Source: an uncultured Acidobacteriota bacterium (GTDB lineage Bacteria > Acidobacteriota > Thermoanaerobaculia > Thermoanaerobaculales > Sulfomarinibacteraceae). Taken from it: 64,000 bases of DNA. The stretch is taken from contig CAVQJV010000036.1 in assembly GCA_963712805.1 (NCBI GenBank), forward strand, positions 111,219 to 175,218, given 5' to 3'. The notes under the pieces are model-generated. The model worked only from the letters and a program-made list of their open reading frames with translations. It had not been told where the DNA came from and made no database searches. Position 1 is the first letter of the stretch; each line of letters opens with the position of its first letter. The position numbers were made by a program, and so were the translations under genes. This document shows, one piece after another, positions 1 to 11,187 of this stretch.

Positions 1-1073
1 GCCAGCTCGTCTGGGAAGAGGTGATGGAGGCGGAGAAGGAACTTCAGCCCCTCACCATGCCGCAGGTGCGCGAGGTCAAATTCGCCGACGATGGCTCCTT
101 CCAGTTCGTCGCTGAACTCGAGGTTCGGCCGAACTACGAGCTTCCCGATCTCTCCACGGCCACGCTGCCGGAGGTGTCTCTCGACCTCACCGACGGCGAA
201 ATCGACACCGAGATCGAGACTCTCCGGGAGCAGCAGGCCGTCTGGGAGCCGGTGGAAGATCAGGAAGCCGTCGATGGAATGCTCATCGAGGCCGATCTCG
301 TCGGTGTGATGGAAGACTCCGACGAGGAACCCTATGAAGAGAACGACGCCCGGTTTGTCCTCGGTGGCGACGGGTTGCCGCCCGAGATCAACGAGGCGCT
401 CCAGGGAGCCAAGGCCGGTGACGAAAAGGTTGCCGTCAAGGTCTTTCCCGAAGACGACGACAACAAAGAGCGAGCGGGTAAGAAAGTCACCTACACCGTC
501 AAGGTCAAGGCCCTCAAGGCCAGAGCCCTTCCCGAAGTTGACGACGAACTCGCCAAGACCCTCGGTCTCGAGGACCTCGCCGAACTCAAGCTGCGGCTCA
601 AGGAAGCGCTGTCGCGGCGGAAGCTCGCCGAGCGTCGGGATGTATGGCGGCGGTCCTTGCTCGATCAGCTCTCCGTGGGAATCGACCTCAATTCCCTGCC
701 CTCCTCACTCGTTCAGAATGCCGTCAGCGAACGGGTGAATCGTTTTGCCTACGAGATGGCCATGCGGGGCGCCGGTCCGGAAGATGGAAATTTCGACTGG
801 CAGGAACTTTCGGCCAAGGCCGAACCCGCCGCCCGGCGGCACGTCGCCGACAACCTCATCATCGAACAGTTGGCCATGAAGTGGAAGACTCCGGTCCCCG
901 AGGCCGAGGTCGAGGCCTATATCGCCGCGGACGCCTCCCGACTCGGAATCCCGCCGACGGAGCACAAGGCCAATCTCGCCGCGGAGGAAAAACTCGAATC
1001 CATCCGCCACGCCGCTCTGCTGACCGCGGTGGTTGACGAGATGATCCGTCAAGCGGGTGGGGAGGTGGATTGA
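1..1073 (+). CDS. tig: Trigger factor, C-terminal ~350 aa (5' end outside the window)
   Basis: Frame is open to the window edge. Sequence is trigger-factor-like (PPIase and C-terminal arm region, e.g. [22 protein letters not shown]). Classic tig-clpP-clpX-lon synteny. Stop TGA overlaps the clpP ATG (TGATG). Confidence 0.9.
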   Translation, partial: QLVWEEVMEAEKELQPLTMPQVREVKFADDGSFQFVAELEVRPNYELPDLSTATLPEVSLDLTDGEIDTEIETLREQQAVWEPVEDQEAVDGMLIEADLVGVMEDSDEEPYEENDARFVLGGDGLPPEINEALQGAKAGDEKVAVKVFPEDDDNKERAGKKVTYTVKVKALKARALPEVDDELAKTLGLEDLAELKLRLKEALSRRKLAERRDVWRRSLLDQLSVGIDLNSLPSSLVQNAVSERVNRFAYEMAMRGAGPEDGNFDWQELSAKAEPAARRHVADNLIIEQLAMKWKTPVPEAEVEAYIAADASRLGIPPTEHKANLAAEEKLESIRHAALLTAVVDEMIRQAGGEVD

Positions 1074-1657
1074 TGTTGGTTCCGGTCGTTGTCGAGCAGA
1101 CCAGCCGCGGTGAGCGCGCCTACGATATCTACTCGCGGCTGCTCAAGGACAATGTCATCTTCCTGGGATCGGCCATCGATGACCATGTCGCCTCTCTCGT
1201 GATTGCCCAGCTCCTCTTTTTGGAGGCGGAGAACCCCGAGAAGGACATCTATCTCTACGTCAACAGCCCCGGGGGCGCCATCACCTCCGGTCTCGCCATC
1301 TACGACACAATGCAGTACGTTAAGCCCGATGTGGCCACCATCGCCCTCGGTCAGGCGGCGTCCATGGGCGCCATCCTCCTCGCCGGGGGCGCGTCGGGCA
1401 AGAGATTCGCCTTGCCGCACAGCCGGGTCCTGCTCCACCAGCCGCTGATGTCCGGTCTCGGAGGCCAGGCGACGGACATCGACATCCACGCCAAAGACAT
1501 CATGCGCATGCGAGAACGGTTGAACACGATCCTGGCCAAGCACACCGGACAACCCATGGACAAGATCAATCTCGATACCGAACGCGACTTCATTCTCGAG
1601 GCGGATGCGGCCAAAGACTACGGCATCATCGACAAGATCATTGTTTCCAGAGAGTAG
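1073..1657 (+). CDS. clpP: ATP-dependent Clp protease proteolytic subunit
   Basis: [28 protein letters not shown] and GQAASMGA (catalytic Ser context) are canonical ClpP. ATG at 1073 overlaps the tig stop; the ORF track starts at a TTG at 1070. Confidence 0.97.
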   Translation: MLVPVVVEQTSRGERAYDIYSRLLKDNVIFLGSAIDDHVASLVIAQLLFLEAENPEKDIYLYVNSPGGAITSGLAIYDTMQYVKPDVATIALGQAASMGAILLAGGASGKRFALPHSRVLLHQPLMSGLGGQATDIDIHAKDIMRMRERLNTILAKHTGQPMDKINLDTERDFILEADAAKDYGIIDKIIVSRE

Positions 1658-1692
1658 ACCTAAAATGGGATACAATGAACCGAGGAGGATAG

Positions 1693-2928
1693 ATGTCGAA
1701 TCGAGATGGTGACGTACTTCGGTGCAGCTTTTGCGGAAAAAGCCAGCACGAGGTGCGCAAACTCATCGCCGGACCCACGGTTTATATCTGCAACGAATGC
1801 GTTGAGGTCTGTCTCGACATCATCGCCGAGGATCGCGTCCACGAAGCCAAGGGCCGCCAGCAGGTGCTGGCCAAACCACCGGAGATCAAAGCCTATATCG
1901 ATGAGTATGTCATCGGTCAGGAAATGGCGAAGAAGAAACTCGCCGTAGCGGTCTACAACCACTATCGCCGGATCGAGTACCAACGGGGTCGGAACACCAA
2001 CGACGTCGAGCTGTCCAAGTCGAACATCCTCCTCATCGGACCGACCGGAACCGGCAAGACCCTTCTCGCCCAGACGCTCGCTCGCCAGCTCCAGGTCCCG
2101 TTCACCATCGTCGACGCCACGACTCTCACCGAAGCCGGCTATGTCGGCGAGGATGTGGAGAACATCCTCCTCCGCCTCTACCAGGCCGCCAATGGCGACC
2201 GCGAAGCGGCGGAGCGGGGCATCGTCTACATCGACGAGATCGACAAGGTGGCGCGCAAGGCCGAAAACCCGTCGATCACCCGTGATGTCTCCGGTGAGGG
2301 TGTGCAGCAGGCGCTTCTGAAGATTCTCGAGGGCACCGTCGCCAACGTGCCCCCACAGGGCGGTCGCAAGCACCCCCACCAGGAGTTCCTCCAGATCGAC
2401 ACCACCAATATCCTGTTTATCTGTGGTGGCGCATTTGTCGGACTCGAGGATCTCATCGCGAATCGACTCAATCAGAAGATGATGGGTTTCGGTGCGGATC
2501 TTTCGGGTAACAAGCCCGATATGGCCGACCTCCTCGAGGAGGTTCACCCCGAAGACCTCATCAAGTACGGCATGATCCCAGAGTTCGTCGGCCGGATTCC
2601 GGTCGTTGCGACACTGCACGAACTCGACCACGATGCTCTCGTTCGGATCCTCACCGAGCCGAAGAACTCTCTCGTCCGCCAGTATGAGACGGTCCTCGGT
2701 TTCGAGGGTGTTGACCTGAGCTTCGAAGCGGACGCTCTTGCTGCGGTGGCCAAGGAGGCCATTACCCGCAAGGTGGGCGCCCGCGGTCTGCGCATCATTC
2801 TCGAGGAGCTGATGCTCGACATCATGTACCAGATTCCGGCGTTACCCGACCTCAAGGAGTTGACGATTACCCGGGATGTGGTCGAACGTCGGGTTGAGCC
2901 GCTCCCGGCTGTGAGAAAGGTAAGCTGA
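1693..2928 (+). CDS. clpX: ATP-dependent Clp protease ATP-binding subunit ClpX
   Basis: N-terminal zinc finger CSFCGK..CNEC, Walker [18 protein letters not shown], and the GYVG pore loop. Confidence 0.97.
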   Translation: MSNRDGDVLRCSFCGKSQHEVRKLIAGPTVYICNECVEVCLDIIAEDRVHEAKGRQQVLAKPPEIKAYIDEYVIGQEMAKKKLAVAVYNHYRRIEYQRGRNTNDVELSKSNILLIGPTGTGKTLLAQTLARQLQVPFTIVDATTLTEAGYVGEDVENILLRLYQAANGDREAAERGIVYIDEIDKVARKAENPSITRDVSGEGVQQALLKILEGTVANVPPQGGRKHPHQEFLQIDTTNILFICGGAFVGLEDLIANRLNQKMMGFGADLSGNKPDMADLLEEVHPEDLIKYGMIPEFVGRIPVVATLHELDHDALVRILTEPKNSLVRQYETVLGFEGVDLSFEADALAAVAKEAITRKVGARGLRIILEELMLDIMYQIPALPDLKELTITRDVVERRVEPLPAVRKVS

Positions 2929-3007
2929 GACTTCTCCGGCGCGCCACCGCGTCCCCTTCAACCACTACCACCGGCCCGAACACACTCCCCATGAAGAAAG
3001 ACACAAG

Positions 3008-5410
3008 ATGACAGCAGTCCGTGATACCCAGACGCTCGCCATCGTTCCGTTGCGGGACATGGTCGTATTTCCGCACATGATGGCGCCTTTCGTGGTCGGG
3101 CGACGACCCTCGGTGGTGGCCCTCGAGCGCGCCCTCGAACGACCCGACAAGAGGCTTTTTCTCGCGACCCAGCGCGATCCGAAGATCGATGAGCCGAGTC
3201 TTGTTGACATCCACGAACTCGGGGTGGTGGCGCGGGTTGTGCAGCATCTCCAACTTGCCTCGGGCAACATCAAGGTCATGGTCGAAGGGCTCGAGCGTGC
3301 ACGGCTTCGTGAAGTCGTCGCCGACTCCGAGTGTCTGATGGCGAGGGTGGAGGTCGAGGCCATCGAGGTCGGCGAGGACCAGGCATTGAGCCGCTATATG
3401 GCCCAGTTGACGGAATTCTTCAAAGAGTACGCCAAGCTCTCCCACCATCTTTCGGCCGAAGGGGTGCTCGCCTCCCTCCAAACCGATGATCCGGACCAGT
3501 TCGCCGACATCCTCGCCGCCCATCTCAACCAACCGACGGCGGAGAAGCAACGGTTGCTCGAACTGCTCAACCCCCTCGATCGGCTGCAGCGGCTCAATGA
3601 TCTCCTCGATGTCGAGATCGAGAAGCTCAACATCGACCGGCGTCTATCGTCACGGGTCAAAAAGCAGATGGAGAAGGCGCAGCGCGAGTACTATCTGTCG
3701 GAGAAGATCAAGGCCATCAATGAGGAGTTGGGGCGAAACGACACTACCGAGGAACTCGCCGAACTCAAAGAGCAGATCGACGCGTCGGGTATGACCGACG
3801 AGGCCAAGGAAAAGGCCATCATCGAGATCCGTCGTCTCGAAGGGATGCCGCCGGTCTCAGCCGAAGCGGGAGTCTCACGTAACTACGTCGACTGGTTGCT
3901 CGCGGTCCCGTGGTCCGCGTCGTCGCGAGAGATCCGGGACATTTCGCGGGCTGAGAACGTCCTCAATGAAGACCACTTCGGGCTCGAGAAGGTCAAGGAA
4001 CGCATCCTGGAGTTTCTCGCGGTGCGGCAACTCGTCCGCAAGACCGGTGGCACGATCCTGTGTTTTGTCGGTCCTCCGGGAGTGGGCAAGACCTCCCTCG
4101 CGCGATCCATCGCCCGTGCAACGGGACGCAATTTCGTCCGGCTGTCCCTGGGTGGCGTGCGGGATGAGGCCGAGATCCGCGGTCACCGGCGGACGTATAT
4201 CGGCGCCTTCCCCGGCCAGATCATTCAGATGATGCGCAAGGCGAGCACCGTCAACCCGGTGCTGCTTCTCGACGAGGTCGACAAGATGGCGGCCGACTTC
4301 CGCGGCGACCCCGCCGGCGCCCTCCTCGAAGTCCTCGATCCCGAGCAGAACAACACCTTTCACGACCACTATCTCGATGTCGAGTACGATCTTTCCAAGG
4401 TGCTCTTCATCTGTACGGCCAATGTGACCCACCCGATCCCGCCCGCCCTGCTCGATCGGATGGAGAAGGTCGAGCTTTCGGGCTACACCCACCACGAAAA
4501 ACTCCAGATCGCCCAGGGCTTCCTGGTCCCGCGGCAGACCGAAAGACACGGGCTGAAAAGGTACCACGTCGACTTCACCGACGACGGTGTACGGTTCCTG
4601 ATCGACGGCTACACCCGCGAGGCCGGGGTGAGGAACCTCGAGCGCGAGATCTCCTCAATCTGCCGCAAACTCGCGCGAAAGGTGCTCAAGGAGAAGATCA
4701 AAGCCAAGGACGCGGTTCTCGAGATCACACCCGAGTCGGTCGCTGAACTTCTCGGCCAACCGAGGTACCGAACTCAGAAGCGTGATCAGGATCCCGAGAT
4801 CGGTGCGGCGGTGGGGCTCGCCTGGACTCAGGTCGGCGGCGAGCTGCTGACCACCGAAGTGACGCTCATGCGAGGCAAGGGCGTCCTTACGCTCACCGGC
4901 CAACTCGGTGACGTGATGCAGGAGTCGGCCCGCGCCGCGCTGTCCTTTGTCCGCTCCAAGGCCGATGAACTCGGAATCGACCCCGAGGTCTTCGCCGGCC
5001 AGGATGTCCACCTCCACGTTCCCGAGGGCGCGATTCCCAAGGATGGACCTTCGGCCGGCATCACCCTCGCGATCGCGCTGATCTCGGCGTTCACCAAGGT
5101 CCCGGTTCGGGTCGACGTGGCCATGACCGGGGAGATTACGTTGCGCGGCCGAGTCCTGCCGGTCGGAGGAGTCAAGGAAAAGGTCCTGGCGGCCTATCGG
5201 GCCGGGATCCGCGAGGTGATCCTCCCCGATGAGAACGCAAAGGACCTCGAGGAGATCCCCGAGGACGTGCGCGCGGAGATCCAATTCCATTTCGTCGACC
5301 ATATGGACAAGGTCATCGCCAACGCCCTGGTGCGCGAAGTGGACACGGACGTCTCAGCCACGCCTGGTGAGGTTGCCTCGCACGTGGATTCGCCGCCGAT
5401 GGCTCATTGA
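3008..5410 (+). CDS. lon: Lon protease
   Basis: 800 aa. LON N-domain ([15 protein letters not shown]), Walker [10 protein letters not shown], and protease Ser motif KDGPSAG. Confidence 0.97.
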   Translation: MTAVRDTQTLAIVPLRDMVVFPHMMAPFVVGRRPSVVALERALERPDKRLFLATQRDPKIDEPSLVDIHELGVVARVVQHLQLASGNIKVMVEGLERARLREVVADSECLMARVEVEAIEVGEDQALSRYMAQLTEFFKEYAKLSHHLSAEGVLASLQTDDPDQFADILAAHLNQPTAEKQRLLELLNPLDRLQRLNDLLDVEIEKLNIDRRLSSRVKKQMEKAQREYYLSEKIKAINEELGRNDTTEELAELKEQIDASGMTDEAKEKAIIEIRRLEGMPPVSAEAGVSRNYVDWLLAVPWSASSREIRDISRAENVLNEDHFGLEKVKERILEFLAVRQLVRKTGGTILCFVGPPGVGKTSLARSIARATGRNFVRLSLGGVRDEAEIRGHRRTYIGAFPGQIIQMMRKASTVNPVLLLDEVDKMAADFRGDPAGALLEVLDPEQNNTFHDHYLDVEYDLSKVLFICTANVTHPIPPALLDRMEKVELSGYTHHEKLQIAQGFLVPRQTERHGLKRYHVDFTDDGVRFLIDGYTREAGVRNLEREISSICRKLARKVLKEKIKAKDAVLEITPESVAELLGQPRYRTQKRDQDPEIGAAVGLAWTQVGGELLTTEVTLMRGKGVLTLTGQLGDVMQESARAALSFVRSKADELGIDPEVFAGQDVHLHVPEGAIPKDGPSAGITLAIALISAFTKVPVRVDVAMTGEITLRGRVLPVGGVKEKVLAAYRAGIREVILPDENAKDLEEIPEDVRAEIQFHFVDHMDKVIANALVREVDTDVSATPGEVASHVDSPPMAH

Positions 5411-5424
5411 CAGAGTGAAAAAGA

Positions 5425-6015
5425 GTGGAAATACGTGAGGTCAGTTTTCGTAAATCGGCGCTGAAGCCGTCGGATCGACCGCAGGAGTTCTTTCCCCATG
5501 TTGCGGTCGCCGGACGCTCCAATGTCGGTAAGTCGAGCCTGCTCAATTGGCTGCTGCGTCAGAACATGGCGAAGGTGGCCAAGGCGCCGGGCAAGACACG
5601 AATGCTCAACTTCTTCCTCGTCAACCGGTCCTTCTTCTTGGTCGATCTGCCGGGTTACGGCTACGCCAAGGTCGGACGGGCGCTGCAAGAGGAGTGGGGA
5701 CGGGAGCTTGGGAACTACCTCGCGACAGAAGAGAGACTGGCCGGGGTCATCACCCTGGTGGACATCAGGCACGGGCCGACCGATCTTGATCTCGGTCTTC
5801 AGGAGATGTTGCTCGCGACCGGAAAAGAACGCCTCGTGGTGCTCACCAAGGCCGACAAGGTCAATCGCGGTAAGCGTGCGGGGATGCAGTTTCAGGTTCA
5901 AAAAGAACTCGGTTTGGCGCGTCCGCCCGCGGTGGTGAGCGTCAAGACCGGAGAAGGTCGAAAAGAACTGCTCGAGAGTATCGACGAGCTTGTTCAAGCA
6001 TGGCGATCAAGATAA
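5425..6015 (+). CDS. engB: Ribosome biogenesis GTP-binding protein YsxC/EngB
   Basis: G1 [12 protein letters not shown] and [10 protein letters not shown], the typical EngB signature. 196 aa. Confidence 0.9.
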   Translation: MEIREVSFRKSALKPSDRPQEFFPHVAVAGRSNVGKSSLLNWLLRQNMAKVAKAPGKTRMLNFFLVNRSFFLVDLPGYGYAKVGRALQEEWGRELGNYLATEERLAGVITLVDIRHGPTDLDLGLQEMLLATGKERLVVLTKADKVNRGKRAGMQFQVQKELGLARPPAVVSVKTGEGRKELLESIDELVQAWRSR

Positions 6016-6028
6016 CGGAGAAACTCAA

Positions 6029-7390
6029 ATGGGACGCAAGAAAAAAACCAACGAAGACCCGGTTGTGATTCCCCTCGATCTCGATGACGAGATCGAGGAA
6101 CGGGAACAGGCCGCCGCCGCCGCCGCCGCGCAGGAGGGCCGCCTCGATCTCACCCAGCTCAAAGAGATGACCATCAATGAGCTCTGCGGTGTGGCCAAAT
6201 CGCTCAAAGTAGAGAACCCGGCAGGGATGCGGCGGCAGGATCTCATCTTCCGGATTCTCCAGCGGCAAACCGAGCGAGAGGGCTTGATCTTCGGCGAGGG
6301 TGTGCTCGAGGTGCTGCCGGAGGGCTTTGGCTTTCTGCGCGCCCCGGAGTACAACTATCTGCCGGGTCCGGATGACATTTATGTCTCACCGTCGCAGATC
6401 CGGCGGTTCAACCTCCACACCGGCGACACGGTCTCGGGTCAGATCCGACCGCCGAAAGAGGGTGAGCGCTACTTTGCCCTGATCAAGGTCGAGGCCATCA
6501 ACTTCGAGCCGCCCGAGGTGGCCATGGAGAAAGTGCACTTCGACAATCTCACGCCGCTCTATCCGGATGAGTGGCTGAGACTCGAGGTCGAGAGGAACAT
6601 GACCTCGCGGGTCATGGATCTCGCGACCCCGCTCGGCAAGGGTCAGCGTGGTCTCCTGGTGGCTCCGCCGCGGACCGGTAAGACCATGATGTTGCAGGCG
6701 ATAGCCAACTCCATCACCACCAATGACCCGGAAGTCACTCTCATCGTCCTGCTCATCGACGAGCGGCCGGAGGAAGTCACCGACATGCAGCGTTCGGTGC
6801 GCGGCGAGGTCATCTCGTCGACCTTCGACGAGCCCGCGACTCGCCACGTTCAGGTGGCGGAGATGGTGATCGAGAAGGCCAAGCGTCTGGTCGAACACAA
6901 ACGGGACGTCGTGATCCTCCTCGACTCCATTACCCGGCTCGCACGCGCCTACAACACCGTGGTGCCGCCGTCGGGCAAAGTGCTCTCCGGCGGTGTCGAC
7001 TCCAACGCGCTGCAGAAACCCAAGAGATTCTTCGGCGCCGCGCGCAATATCGAGGAGGGTGGCAGTCTGACCATCGTCGGCACCGCCCTCATCGACACCG
7101 GTTCGCGGATGGACGATGTGATCTTCGAGGAGTTCAAGGGCACTGGCAACATGGAGGTCCACCTCGACCGCAAGCTCGTCGAGCGCCGGGTCTTTCCCTC
7201 CATCGACATCCACAGGTCCGGGACCCGCAAAGAAGAGCTTCTCATCGACGAGTGGGAGCTTCGCCGGATCTGGGTTCTGCGCAAGGTGCTTTCGTCCCTC
7301 TCCCCGGTCGAGGCCATGGAGCTGCTGCTCGAGCGGCTCGGGGGCACACCGACCAACAAGGAGTTTCTCGAAGCGATGTCGCAGGGGTAG
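6029..7390 (+). CDS. rho: Transcription termination factor Rho
   Basis: Rho N-terminal and RNA-binding region ([18 protein letters not shown]), Walker [20 protein letters not shown] chose the ATG at 6029 (GGAG 8 nt upstream) because the 5990 start overlaps engB. Confidence 0.95.
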   Translation: MGRKKKTNEDPVVIPLDLDDEIEEREQAAAAAAAQEGRLDLTQLKEMTINELCGVAKSLKVENPAGMRRQDLIFRILQRQTEREGLIFGEGVLEVLPEGFGFLRAPEYNYLPGPDDIYVSPSQIRRFNLHTGDTVSGQIRPPKEGERYFALIKVEAINFEPPEVAMEKVHFDNLTPLYPDEWLRLEVERNMTSRVMDLATPLGKGQRGLLVAPPRTGKTMMLQAIANSITTNDPEVTLIVLLIDERPEEVTDMQRSVRGEVISSTFDEPATRHVQVAEMVIEKAKRLVEHKRDVVILLDSITRLARAYNTVVPPSGKVLSGGVDSNALQKPKRFFGAARNIEEGGSLTIVGTALIDTGSRMDDVIFEEFKGTGNMEVHLDRKLVERRVFPSIDIHRSGTRKEELLIDEWELRRIWVLRKVLSSLSPVEAMELLLERLGGTPTNKEFLEAMSQG

Positions 7391-7430
7391 CAATTCGTCG
7401 GACGAATTGCGGTGGCGCGTCGGACGCGCC
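7390..7430 (+). terminator. Two tandem perfect hairpins directly after the rho stop
   Basis: gcaattcgtc-g-gacgaattgc (7390-7410) and ggcgcgtc-g-gacgcgcc (7414-7430). Both are centred on GTCGGAC. There is no U-tract. Confidence 0.35.
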
Positions 7431-7535
7431 AATACGGGCAAGAGGCTTGACACGCGGTGATCCTCAAAACGAAGCGGAAACCACCGGCGGGTTTCCTGCT
7501 TGACAGGCAAGGCCACAAAAGAGAGACTCGGTCGC

Positions 7536-8603
7536 ATGACGGTTTCAGAGATCCTCGACAAGGCGGTGGCGGGCGAACGGATTGACCGCGGGGAGATCGA
7601 GAGACTCTTCGCCGAGGGCTCTCTCCTCGAACTCGGCCAGGCGGCGGACGCCGTCAGGCGGAGGAAGGCCCAGGAGGGCGTCGCCTCCTACATCATCGAC
7701 CGCAACATCAACTACACGAATGTCTGTATCTATCGCTGTCGTTTCTGCGCCTTCTACCGGACCAAGAATGCCAGCGACGCCTATGTTCTCCCGTTCTCGG
7801 AAATCGCCGACAAGGTGGCCGAAACCGTCGCCGCCGGTGGGACCGGGATTCTCCTCCAGGGCGGTGTCCATCCCGATCTCCGCATGGAGTTCTACGAAGA
7901 TCTCTTGCGGCAACTCAAGGCGAGTTTTCCCGAGATCCATCTCCATGCCTTCTCCGTTCCCGAGATCTGGTTTCTCTCCAAGGCGGAGAAACTGCCGGTC
8001 AAAGAGGTCATCTTGCGGCTCATGGCCGCCGGGCTGGAGTCGATCCCGGGTGGCGGCGCCGAGATCCTCGAGGATGAGACCAGGCGTCGGATCTTCGCGC
8101 GCGCGAAGGCAAGCACCAGCCAGTGGCTCGATGTCCACGGTGTGGCGCACGATCTCGGGCTGCGGACCACTGCCACGATGATGTTCGGGGTTGGCGAGCC
8201 GATCACGGCTCGGGTCGAGCATTTTCTCGGCGTCCGCGACCTCCAGGATCGAACCGGCGGCTTCACCGCCTTTATCCCGTGGACCTTTCAGGATCAAAGC
8301 ACTGATTTGGAGGGCGAAGTGGAGTCCGCCGGCGGTTTCGACTATCTCCGGACTCTCGCCATCGCCAGGCTGACCTTCGACAACCTCGACCACGTTCAGG
8401 GATCGTGGGTGACCCAGGGCGCCAAGATCGGTCAGCTCTCGCTCTTCTTCGGCGCCGATGACCTCGGGTCCATCATGCTCGAGGAGAATGTGGTCGCCGC
8501 GGCAGGGGTCGAGTTCCGCATGACCCAGCGCGACATGGAACGAACGATCCGCGAGGCGGGGCTCACGCCGCGGCAACGCAGGACGTTGTACGAGCCGTTG
8601 TAA
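7536..8603 (+). CDS. Radical SAM enzyme of the MqnC/MqnE family (futalosine menaquinone pathway)
   Basis: [17 protein letters not shown] (CxxxCxxC cluster), GGVHPD, and FIPWTFQ typical of MqnC/MqnE/CofH-like enzymes. I cannot separate MqnC from MqnE by eye. Start is ATG 7536; the ORF track TTG is at 7500. Confidence 0.75.
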   Translation: MTVSEILDKAVAGERIDRGEIERLFAEGSLLELGQAADAVRRRKAQEGVASYIIDRNINYTNVCIYRCRFCAFYRTKNASDAYVLPFSEIADKVAETVAAGGTGILLQGGVHPDLRMEFYEDLLRQLKASFPEIHLHAFSVPEIWFLSKAEKLPVKEVILRLMAAGLESIPGGGAEILEDETRRRIFARAKASTSQWLDVHGVAHDLGLRTTATMMFGVGEPITARVEHFLGVRDLQDRTGGFTAFIPWTFQDQSTDLEGEVESAGGFDYLRTLAIARLTFDNLDHVQGSWVTQGAKIGQLSLFFGADDLGSIMLEENVVAAAGVEFRMTQRDMERTIREAGLTPRQRRTLYEPL

Positions 8604-8621
8604 TTCGCTTTCGCGAATTAC
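8600..8621. terminator. Hairpin spanning the gap between the convergent stop codons of the mqn-like gene and rng
   Basis: gtaattcgc-tttc-gcgaattac. 9-bp perfect stem. Loop is TTTC on the plus strand and GAAA on the minus strand. Confidence 0.4.
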
Positions 8622-10102
8622 TATCCGATGATCTCGAATTGTTCCTGGTGCTGCAGCGGGTTCTCCCGCAGGATCACCTGGACGCTGTGGACTTCCTCGA
8701 GCTCTCGCAGTAATTCGCGGAACGGCCCCTGGAGAAAATGCGAGACCTCGGGATGGACCACCAATGAGAGCTGGTCGCTGAGGCCGGCGGTCACAGCCTC
8801 GAGGAGGTTGCGTCGGATCTCGAGACAGATGGTGGCGAGGGCCTTGATTCGCCCGGAGCCGTGGCAGTAGGGGCATTCTCGGCTCAAGGTTCGATCGAGA
8901 CTCGGTCGGGTCCGTTTCCGGGTGAGCTGGATGAGGCCGAATTCCGACATGGGCAGGAGCTGGATCCGTGCCGAGTCGCCGTCGAGTTCGGTCTCGAGGG
9001 CCTGATAGAGCTCGAGACGATGAGCCGGGTCCTCCATGTCGATGAAATCGATGACAACGATGCCGCCGAGGTCTCGAAGTCGAAGCTGTCTGGCGACTTC
9101 CCGCACCGCTTCGAGGTTGAGGGTGAAAACGGTTTCTTCGAGGGATTTCGTGCCGACATACTTGCCGGTATTGATGTCGATCGCCACGAGGGCCTCGGTT
9201 TGATTGACGACCAGATAGCCGCCGGATTTGAGCCACACCTTCGGCCTCAGCGCTTTCTCGAGTTCCCGGTCGATACCGAAGGCGCTCATGAGATCGGTCG
9301 ACTTTCGGAAGAGTTTGAGCCGGGGAACGAGGCTCGGATCCGACTGTTCGAGGAATTCGAGAACTTCCTCGAACGCCTCTTCGTCGTCGACCCATGCCTC
9401 CTGCACCGCTGAGGTCAGGGTGTCCCGGACCGCGCGCAGGACCGGGCTCAGCTCATGGTGGACGAGATAGGGCGCGTTGGTTCTCTCCGTAGCGGTCTGG
9501 ATCTGTTTCCAGAGGTTGACGAGATAGCGTCGATCCGCCTCCAACTCGACGCGACCCTGTCCCTCCCCCGCGGTGCGGACGATCCATCCGCCGCCGCCGA
9601 ACCCGTCGGTCACCGCCTTGAGCCGCTCGCGCTCGTCGTCGTCGGTGATCCTTCGCGAGACGCCGAGTTGTTCCACGGTGGGCATGTAGACCAAAAAGCG
9701 TCCGGGCAGGGTGATATGAGTGGTCAGCCGGGCACCCTTGGTGCCGATGGGGTCCTTCACGACCTGGACGAGGATCTCCTGCCCTTGTCGGAGGAGATCA
9801 CCGATGTCGGTTTCCGCGAACTCGCTGGGTCCGGGCTCGTCATCGACCCTGAAGATGTCCGTGAATTCATCCATGATGCCACCGGCCTCACGGACGTAGA
9901 GAAAGCCGTCTCGGGGCAGCCCAAGATCGATAAACGCCGCCTGCATGCCCGGAAGGACGCGGGTGACCCGGCCCTTGTAGAGATTGCCGACCACCGATGA
10001 AGTCCGGTGTCGTTCCGCTCGGTAGCTCACCAGGCGCGACTTCTCGCGCAGGGCCACTCGGGTTTCGAATGGGTTGACCGAGAGAAAGAGGATGGAGTTC
10101 AT
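8621..10102 (-). CDS. rng: Ribonuclease G/E family (Rng/CafA)
   Basis: MNSILFLSVNPFETRVAL, S1 domain GNLYKGRVTRVLPGMQAAFIDLG, and the catalytic region VVIDFIDM. The ATG at 10102 overlaps the rodA stop (TGATG). The 811-aa ORF in the track is an upstream shadow extension. Confidence 0.9.
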   Translation of the reverse strand: MNSILFLSVNPFETRVALREKSRLVSYRAERHRTSSVVGNLYKGRVTRVLPGMQAAFIDLGLPRDGFLYVREAGGIMDEFTDIFRVDDEPGPSEFAETDIGDLLRQGQEILVQVVKDPIGTKGARLTTHITLPGRFLVYMPTVEQLGVSRRITDDDERERLKAVTDGFGGGGWIVRTAGEGQGRVELEADRRYLVNLWKQIQTATERTNAPYLVHHELSPVLRAVRDTLTSAVQEAWVDDEEAFEEVLEFLEQSDPSLVPRLKLFRKSTDLMSAFGIDRELEKALRPKVWLKSGGYLVVNQTEALVAIDINTGKYVGTKSLEETVFTLNLEAVREVARQLRLRDLGGIVVIDFIDMEDPAHRLELYQALETELDGDSARIQLLPMSEFGLIQLTRKRTRPSLDRTLSRECPYCHGSGRIKALATICLEIRRNLLEAVTAGLSDQLSLVVHPEVSHFLQGPFRELLRELEEVHSVQVILRENPLQHQEQFEIIG

Positions 10103-11178
10103 CACTGATTCACCAAACGATGCCGCCATACCGACTGTACCGCACCGAGGGCCGCACAGGTCGAAAGCAGCGACGAGCCGCCGTAGGAAAAGAGCGGCAG
10201 CGTGATTCCTGTCGTCGGCAATAGCCCGAGAACCATTCCGAGATTGACCACCACCTGAAACGCGAGCCACGCGCAGACAAGGACCGCCAAGACGAGACCG
10301 AAGCGGTTCTCCGCGACAACCGCCACCATCCCGATGCGATAGAGCAGCAAGGCATAGGCCAGGAGGAGACCGGTCGCTCCGAAAAACCCGGTTGCTTCGG
10401 CCCAGACGGCAAACGCGAAGTCGGTGTGCTGAGCCGGGAGGAACCGAAGCAGCGACTGCGAGCCGTGGCCGACCCCTTGGCCGGCCAGCCCGCCTGCGCC
10501 AACGGCGATCTTCGACTGCCGCACCTGGTAGCCGACACCGTACGGGTCGCGCTCGGGGTCGAGGACGGTCATGACCCGTTCCTTCTGGAAATCCCTCAAC
10601 ACCGTGTGCCAGCCGATGACACCGACCAAAATGCCGAGGGCGACGAGAGCGATCCACGCCCAGCGCGGAAGACCGCCGATCCACAGGGCGGCGACGGCCA
10701 CCGGAAAATAGGTCAGCGTTACCCCGAGATCCGGCTCGAGCGCGACCAGACCGGCCGCCGTGCCGACGACGGCGACCAATACCGCCGCCCCCTTGGCCGA
10801 AAGCCGGTAGCCGCTCCGGCGGCCGAGCCATGCTGCGACCATGAGGATCGTTGCCACCCGGGCGAATTCGCTCGGCTGGATGGTCAGAGGACCCAAGGCA
10901 AACCAGCCCCGGGTGCCGCTGCGGATCTGGCCGAAGAAGAGGACCGCCACCAACGCGGCGAGGCCGACAAGATAGACCAGGGGGGCGACGCGAGGGTAGA
11001 GATCGACCCGGACGCGAGAAAGAGCCAACAGCGTCAACATACCGGCGCAGGCCCACAGGAGCTGCCGGGCCAGGAGCTGGGGTCCGACGACGCCCGCCAC
11101 CGCATTCTGGGTCACCAGCGACGCCCCGAGAATGCCGGCGACGGCCAGAATCAGCCAGGCGTCGATGCGGTTTTCCAT
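10102..11178 (-). CDS. rodA: Rod shape-determining protein RodA (SEDS family)
   Basis: Polytopic FtsW/RodA/SpoVE sequence (FQPSEFAR, GITLPLFSYGGSS). Lies downstream of mrdA. Confidence 0.92.
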   Translation of the reverse strand: MENRIDAWLILAVAGILGASLVTQNAVAGVVGPQLLARQLLWACAGMLTLLALSRVRVDLYPRVAPLVYLVGLAALVAVLFFGQIRSGTRGWFALGPLTIQPSEFARVATILMVAAWLGRRSGYRLSAKGAAVLVAVVGTAAGLVALEPDLGVTLTYFPVAVAALWIGGLPRWAWIALVALGILVGVIGWHTVLRDFQKERVMTVLDPERDPYGVGYQVRQSKIAVGAGGLAGQGVGHGSQSLLRFLPAQHTDFAFAVWAEATGFFGATGLLLAYALLLYRIGMVAVVAENRFGLVLAVLVCAWLAFQVVVNLGMVLGLLPTTGITLPLFSYGGSSLLSTCAALGAVQSVWRHRLVNQ

Positions 11179-11187
11179 GCCCTGATC

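Noticed and set aside
7545-9395. Very long antisense or out-of-frame ORFs. Examples: 7545..9395 (-) 616 aa; 19416..20897 (-) 493 aa; 20888..22237 (-) 449 aa; 28455..30263 (+) 602 aa; 61236..62720 (-) 494 aa; 62552..63823 (-) 423 aa.
   Set aside because: All lie opposite or out of frame to genes with unmistakable conserved motifs. Their translations are Arg/Pro/Gly/Ser-rich low-complexity text, typical of shadow ORFs in GC-rich DNA.
8621-11056. The 811-aa ORF read as a single gene.
   Set aside because: Only the last 493 aa (from MNSILFL at 10102) are RNase G-like. The upstream part overlaps rodA out of frame and is Arg/Pro-rich. The TGATG junction with the rodA stop fits a start at 10102.
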